From the NCBI RefSeq assembly GCF_009914755.1, contig NC_060925.1: a stretch of 64,000 nucleotides of DNA; one strand, written 5' to 3'. Source of the stretch: the human T2T-CHM13v2.0 reference genome, Homo sapiens. Shown here one piece after another: positions 56,651-64,000 of this stretch (its first letter is position 1; every line of letters begins with the position of its first letter). Both the position numbers and the translations under genes were made by a program. The notes under the pieces are model-generated. The model ran no database searches. It was not told where the DNA came from and worked only from the letters and a program-made list of their open reading frames with translations.

Positions 56651-58648
56651 TAGCCACTTGAGGTCACAGTTTTCTTTTCAAACAAAAAGAAATCCTTGTT
56701 TCTTAAGTTGGCAAAGTTCCATACAGCCCAATGACTCTCTACTATGGTTTGAATCATTAGAAGAAAATATATTTGACATTGAACCTTCAAGAAGTGAAAA
56801 ACAGGAACTAATCCAAGTTAAAGTGAAAGGGCAGGAATTACAGCTGGCCGATGACATGGATCACTCCTTTATTGAGAGCTAAAAATGGCAGCATTTTAAA
56901 AGACTTTACATAACTCTTAAAAAGCAAAACGCTCTGTGATTTTTTTTTTTTCCTGAACTCAAGACTAGCCAAGCATGAAGTTTCCTAGAAGCCTCTTCTT
57001 AATTATCTTTTGTCCACCCCACCCCACCTCAACTCCTGGAAATAAGTCAGCATCCAGCCACTGCAGCCACCTCGATGCTATACCTTAATTCATAAAATTG
57101 AATGATTAAGACCCATCAAGCCCTGCAGATGTTTTTTCAGTCCTAATATTTTCAATAACAACTCGATATTGGGTGTTAGGGAAATCCAATAATGCTGCCT
57201 CTAAGCCATATGTCAAATGCAACTCAAGTTCCCAAAGGGTTGTGAGAAATGATGAATGCATTATCAAGTTTTTGAAATCTTTTTTCTAAATGAAGTGCAA
57301 AATATTTTGATGATTAGGAAATTAGTCATAGGCTTATTTAAAGGCATATGTGGACACAGTTTACTATTTTATCTAGAAGAACTGCCTTAGGCTTAGATCA
57401 TAAATCTCTGAAACTAAACATAGCCAATAATATGGATTTTCTTTTTTAAACTGGCAAAAGGCCCACGCTTCATGATTTTGTTCCTGTTTGTTTCTTAAAG
57501 AACGATTTTCCTTAGTGTCACTTCAAACTGTTACAGTTTGTTGACATGATGTCAACTTTAGCTCAAGCCTCACTACTTAAATTGTAATATCCAGAAACCA
57601 TTTGTAGATGAGAATCATAACACTAAGGATTACCGCGTTCCAGGGATTCATTGGCCAACCTTCTCCAAAGAGACTTTTAGTGATTTTTTTGAGTAGACAT
57701 AATGCAGGGAGAGGAGAGAGTGTCTCTAATGTGCTTTTTATTATCTGTTCGTTCCCATTAATGTCGCCAGAAATTTTAAATGCCTTAGAATTTAGCCAAA
57801 ACAGAAATAGATCATGGGTTCAGAGATCTAACAGTCAGACACATTGTCATCTTGCTGGATATTTTTATGTTGGGGGGTGTGTGGGTTTGATACGCAGAGG
57901 AATAGATGTTATTCTATCTTGCAAGTGTCAGGGAAAAAATCTGAAGCTATAATACAAATCATTGAAGGAGTCAGAATGTCCTTGCCTTTAAGGTATTCAC
58001 AGTAGCAAATGTGTGTGTGCACACACATATACACAAATATCCTGGAAATTTTCAAAGATTAGAATTTGAGAATATGAACTAGATTGCTGGGGATAAAAAT
58101 AGGTAGCAAGTGTCTATGAAAGGAGGAAAGGATCAGAGAGAAGGAAAAGGAAGCAGCATTTATTGAATAACTGTGCGACGGAGTAAATATGATTTTACTT
58201 GGGTTGACTCTTTTAATCCTCACCCCAACCCAGCTTAATCAGCAGTATTTTAGTGGTGAGAAGCTTAGCTCTGAACAAAAGGTCAGTAGATTCCAAAATC
58301 CTACCTTTTACCAAATATGACACATTAACTTACCAGACCACGAGCTATTAATTTCCTTTCATGTAAATGTTATCCTCTTTATTTTGGAAATTTTCCACTA
58401 TATGGTATACATGTGTGTGCAAACACACACGCACATATTTTATGTACTGTATTTAATACTATACTATAAAACATTCTGAAGGCAAGGGTATTCTTGCTCC
58501 TTTATGGTACCTGTTATAGCTTCAGTACCAACTGGTGGAGGCAATCTCTAGGTGACACAAAAGAAAGTAAAATTGTAATCAATTAACCAATTAGAATTGA
58601 TTATCATCCCCATTAAAGTTGTTAACATTAACTGTCCACATTACTGCA

Positions 58649-59055
58649 TGTGTTATAATCTGCCTGCATTACTACAAAGGAATCCATCCCTGTGACTGTA
58701 ATTTATAATGAAAAGAGGTTTAATTGACTCATGGTTCTTAAGGGTGTACAGGAAGCACGGGGCCAGCATCTGCTTCTGGTGAGGACATCAGGAAGCTTAC
58801 AATCATGGCAGAAGGCAAAGGAAGAGCAGACATATCACATGGCGTGAAAGGGAGCAAGAAGAGAGCAGGGAGGTGCCACACATTTTTAAACAACCAGATA
58901 TCACATAAACTCACTCATCCGCAAGAGGGTGGTGCTAGACCATTCATAACGGATCTACCCCTATGACCCAAACGCCTCCCGCTAGGTCCCACCTCCAAAA
59001 CTTGGGATTACATTTAACATGAGATTTGGAGGGGACAAACATCCAAACCCTAATA
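58649..59055 (-). mobile_element. MSTB-like solo LTR
   Basis: AAAAGAGGTTTAATTGACTCATGGTTC...GAGATTTGGAGGGGACAAACATCCAAAC; TSD CTGCA at 58644-58648 and 59056-59060. Confidence 0.88.
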
Positions 59056-59618
59056 CTGCATTTTAGGGAAAGCCTGAGTAAAAAATAAACAAAAACTATG
59101 GAAACCCTCTATCAAAGAAAGTTGTATGTGTGATTCGAATATACAGAACTAATACTAAAGATGGTACTGCTCTGGGGGAAGCAGGGGTGAGCAGAATTGC
59201 CTCCACCTTGGCCTTGCCTGTACACACAACAGCCCGTGAGCCACTGCCTTCGAGCCTCCCAGACTTCACAAAGTACAATTTTAGAAACAATTAGACCAGA
59301 ATACTTGAGCCCTATAACCTCAGCTTCCCAGAGCAATACCCCCATTGTTTGGCCTCAATAAGAGAGATAATTGTTTAAAAATTTAACAATAATACAACAC
59401 TGGGTTCTAATTTCTTCTTCAATTGTCAATTAATGGATAAATGGCAGAGTCAGGAGTCTATGCTAGGAGGTTGTTCCAAAGACAATTCCCTAAGAATCTG
59501 GACCACAGACTTCAGGGGAAATTTCTAAGCCATTCAATACCAGTATGAATATAAAAATGGAACAGAGTTTCCTCATCGAAATGTTAGTCTAGAATATTCC
59601 ATTTCAAGTGAAATAAAG

Positions 59619-59759
59619 CTGGCTAATTTTTTGTAGTTTTTAGTAGAGACAGGGTTTCACCATCTTGGCCAGGCTGGTCTTGAACTCCTGACCTCATGAT
59701 CAACCTGCCTCAGCCTCCCAAAGTGCTGGGATTACAGGCGTGAGCCACTGCACCCAGCC
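59619..59759 (-). mobile_element. AluS left arm only
   Basis: Antisense linker through the Alu 5' end; right arm and tail absent. Confidence 0.88.
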
Positions 59760-60780
59760 CAACAAGATATATTTTAAAATGTACACACTGCCACACAGAA
59801 AATGGAAAATACAAAAGAGAGATTAAGACATATGGTGTATTAGTCTGTTTTCACTCTGCTAATAAAGACATACCTGAAACTGGGTAATTTATAAAGGAAA
59901 CAGGTTTAATTGACTCACGGTTTCACATGGGTGGGGAGGCCTTACAATCATGGTGGAAGGCAAACGGGGAGCAAAGTCACATCTTACATGGTGGCAGGAA
60001 AAAGAGCTTGTGCAGGGGAACTCCCCTTTATAAAACCATCAGATCTCATGAGACTTATTCACTACCATGAGAACATTATGGGGAAAACAGCCCCCCATGA
60101 TTCAACTATCTCTACCTGGCCCTGTCCTTGACATGTGGGGATTATTACAATTTAAGGTGAGATTTGGGTAGGGACACAGCCAAACTGTATCAAATGGCTA
60201 ATATATAAAAAGGTATATCATGTATGTAATCAGTTTCCCAAAAAGAATAAAAACAATAATGAGGCAATATTTTAAAATATCATGAATTTTTATCTATTTT
60301 AGCCAATAGACAATATAAATCTACAGGTATTGGAAGCCCAAGATATTTCAAGCAGGAAAAATAGAAACAAATCCATGTCTAAATATATCATAATAAAGTT
60401 GAAAAACAACAAAGACAAAGTAAACGTTGTTAAAGAATCCAGAAAGGAAGAATGGGTTACCTAAAAAGGATGAAAATAAGAATGACAATAGACTACTCAA
60501 AAGCAATAATAGAATCCAGAAGACAGTGGAATAATAGCTTCAATGAATTGAGATAAAATAATTGCCATTGTAAAATTTTTTAACCAGCAGAATTATATTC
60601 ACAAACAATAATAAAATAAAGTCCTTTACAAATATAAACAAATACTGAGAGTTTACCACCAAAAATCTAATACTCTTTATTAAAGAGATAATAATGAATT
60701 ACTTCTGATAAAGGAAAATAATCCCAGAAGATAGTCGATATGAGAAAAGGGGATCAAAGTTAAATGTAACTAAGGTTCTG
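59760..60780 (+). mobile_element. Old L1M ORF1 fragment, split by THE1
   Basis: A-rich sense ORF1 motifs (AATGACAATAGACTACTCAAAAGCAATAATAGAATCCAGAAGACAGTGGAATAA). Confidence 0.65.
59836..60192 (-). mobile_element. THE1B/C-like solo LTR
   Basis: TGTATTAGTCTGTTTTCAC...CAAACTGTATCA; TSD TATGG/AATGG. Confidence 0.9.
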
Positions 60781-63700
60781 AAGTTTTTCCCTAACTATGA
60801 GGTTACCACATTCATCTCACAAGCAAGTGGTCCTCAGTTTAAAATCAGAGAGTGAGGCTGGCTCTTATCCTTGGCCCTAAATGACTTCCCAGTAGTTGAC
60901 AGTTCAGCTCCTGAGATTCAGTGGCAAAATAGGCTGGCATGTTTAACTAATAATGAAATGTTGGTTGGTCAAACCCACCCTGGAATTAGCTCTTAGTAAG
61001 TTGTGCTGGTCTTTTCCTGATGCTACTTTTTTCTTTCTTTCTATTAGAATAACTCACTTGACTTATGTTCTCACCTGGCTCAAATAGTATGTTTTGCGCC
61101 TAGTGATGACATTCCCCTACTCCCCGCACCAATCCAGGGCCTTAGTTGAGAAGTCACTATTGCAGCCACTGAAGCTGAGGCTGAATCTTGACATCTCTGA
61201 GTCACCCTTTCTTAAAAGCAATATCTTAAGAAGTTTTTTCCTACAATACTTCTCAGCTAGCCTTTAATACTGGGCAATATCCAAGTCAAATAAGAACCCT
61301 CACTTCTCTCTTTGTTCAATCACTCCCAAGGTGAGTTCTCCACTCTTAGAGAATCTTGCAGGTAAAATGTTGGCTTGAGCCTGAGGTATAATAGCTTATT
61401 TTTACTAGCATTTTGTTTGTTCAATTGGTTTGGCATTTGGGAAGAGAGATTCTACAGTCCTTTTTAAAGCCATTAACTTCACACTAGAATTAAAATACAT
61501 TTCTAAAGGGGAAGGAAAAAACATCTGCCTAATGTTTAGATAATGCAGTAGCTTGGAAGATGCAAACTGGGGCAATTAGTGCACTGAAAACTTTATCCAA
61601 GGAAACTCCCTAGTGTGCAGGATAAAGAGGTAAGTAATGAAAAATGAGACGTTAGCAAACACACAGGATAGAATTAGAAGATTCAATACACTCTATAGAA
61701 GTAGATTAATATATGCTATACAGAAGATAAATTATTCAAAAAATGGCTGAAATGTTCCAATATTGAAGAAAAACAAGAAGATACGTCACTGAAGGAGTAC
61801 CTCTAATACCAAGCTGGCTGCGGAGCACACTTGCATTCTTGCACTTGACACACCATATGGTGAGTATTGATTTTCTTGTCTATCTCCTCACTCAGAATTA
61901 AGCCAATTGAGAGCAGGAAATCTATCATATTCTTTTTTGTATTACTAGCACCCATGCAGAGATTTGCAAAGCTTAATAAACATGTGTTGCTCACAGAGGG
62001 TAGAAAATAGAAGATGTTTATTAAGAAAATAATTACTACACATTTGTTGAATAAAGGGGGCATGCACTGTGGAGTGTGACCATTTTTCCTGCAGATGTTT
62101 GTATGACATCAGCCTTTCCCATCTATAGGATGCTGCAGCTGGGGTTGGGGAGGGGAAGATAGCTCCGTTCTGAAGAGAAGAGTTCACTCGAGGGCTATGA
62201 TTTCTGAGACCTGCTCTGTAGCCTTATTTATTCTTCCTATTTATCCTACATAGGAATCTGGTTGTGTGTAAAACAGAGAATTGACATCAACCTGAAGCAC
62301 ATGGAACAAGAGCAAAGGACTGAATAATATACAAAAAAGACAGGTGGTAAGTGAAATACAAAAATTTTAATAGCAACAAAAAAAATCATGAGCCAATGGA
62401 ATGAAAATTTAGCCCTTCTTCCCCCCACCCCTTCCAAAAATGCCTGAGAACAGGGGAGGTCAGCAAAACTTAGATTCCATGAAAATGTCTAATCTGTGGA
62501 CTACTCCACTAAATATCTTTATTGTGATGAAAAGTGATAACACTTGGGATTCACAGAAGTTTTTCATTTTTGCCACCTCTGTACAAAATCTGATTAATTA
62601 GTCCTGACAGTGCTGCTCCGACAGATGCTGGTTAGTGGCAGCAACAGCGTGGGTGTCCTCATACACATGCCTATTGTATAAGATCTGCGTCCATCCATTC
62701 CTCTCTACAATTTCCCATCATACACAACTTAAACTCTCATGGCAGATTTTAGGCAAAGTCCCATCTTCAGCTTGGCCCTCTGCATTTCCTTCAGAGTATG
62801 TCTCCCCTCGGAGTTAGCCAACATTAAAATGTACCCCAGGATTCTAGTCTGAAAATGAAGAACGTGTGATAAGCCCAATGCTTTCCTCATGTAAGGAGCC
62901 CATCCCTTCATGTTTGTAGACTGATGCTACAAGGACCTGCCTTCCAAGATATTTCCCAAATAATGAGAAGAAAATAAAAACAAAAACAAATATGAGAAAT
63001 GGCAATGTCACCACTCCGAAGGAGAGAGATAAAAGGAAACTCCTCAAAAGAACTGAAATACTACTCTCCTTCCTTTATCCTACCAATGTTTCTTCACGAA
63101 AAAAATCTAGACTCAAATGAAGTTGCCTTATTTGTGAAAGACTACACTCTCTCTCTCCATGTTTGGATACCTAACTCAAATCTTATACCAGAGCCCACTA
63201 ATGTGAAGACAGGATAAACACATTGACATTGAAAAGCTATTGGTGTTTCCCTACTTCTACTGTGCTCTGGCTCTAATAGCAATTGAGCCTGGATCAAGAC
63301 ACCTGTGCTAACTTCCAAACCCAAGTCTGTGGACTTGTTAGAGAGTGGGCTGGGATGATTTCCCCACCTGAGATTCATGTTGTCCAATTTCTGATGAATT
63401 AGTTGGGTATTTGGCATCAGTTAATTGAAGTGTCCCCCAAAACTATCTTAAAACACTTTTATAAAACATCTAAGAAAAGATGATAAGATGAAAAATGATA
63501 GAAGCCCCACAAAACTATGGCAATCATAATCAAATGGTCATAATTATTCCTGCAAATCATGTGAGTGATTTGAAGTCAAACAAATGTAAAGCTAATAAAA
63601 TAAAAACATAGAGCCATGATTTTTAATTTAAGATGATGATCTAAGGAGCAAAGCAAGGAAAGAAATTAAATAGGCCATTTTAAACACTCCAGAAAACCTC

Positions 63701-64000
63701 ATTTTACAGCCTCATTCATTCTACAAATATGGCTTCTTGTTAATAATTTAACCTTAACAGTTCCCAACTGTGGCACAGTTTAACAATCCACTTACAATGG
63801 CTGTAAATTATTCAAATAAGACAAAGTTAAATGGTCACCAACCGCTCAATATGTAAGTTAACGGCTCTCTGAAGTCCCATCTCATCTTTAAAACATGACT
63901 ATTTTGACATTCACTCATTTTAATAAGATTTTGGAACTCTCTGAAAACCTCTAGCAGCTCTTCTCTAGGGACAGAACCTCCTTAAGGTATCAAATTGTCA

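Noticed and set aside
57540-57556. Inverted repeat GTTGACAT-G-ATGTCAAC, and GATCACA...TGTGATC near 56099-56123
   Set aside because: Arms of 7-8 bp are expected by chance in 64 kb; no supporting context.

Overview
Human genomic DNA: CpG-depleted, AT-rich, dense in repeats, and carrying an AluYa5 with all five diagnostic positions. The window looks intergenic or deep intronic. I found no intact protein-coding gene, tRNA, rRNA or CRISPR array. Almost every ORF in the track is an Alu, L1 or MaLR translation or a chance ORF. Main contents: (1) an old, near full-length L1 (about 8.0-19.2 kb, L1PA16/17-like) with a tandem-monomer 5' UTR. It is interrupted by a two-LTR MSTA provirus (itself holding an AluY), a 5'-inverted L1PA8/10-like copy and an AluS. 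(2) Many solo MaLR/ERV LTRs plus MIR, L2, HAL1 and MER5 fossils, many with readable target-site duplications (TSDs). (3) The best finding: an old, disabled minus-strand copy of the 3' end of LARP4 (C-terminal ~108 codons plus presumed 3' UTR, about 39.7-43.9 kb). It has no poly(A) or TSD of its own. It is fused at both ends, via microhomology, to out-of-order L1 pieces that end in an inverted L1PB4-like 3' end, which suggests a multi-template-switch L1/mRNA/L1 chimeric retrotransposition. Weaker leads are candidate plus-strand non-coding exons downstream of THE1 LTR donors and a CTCF/AP-1 motif cluster. Repeat subfamily names come from recalled consensus sequences, not from RepeatMasker. I see no evidence for a new functional biological system beyond this unusual retrotransposition product.
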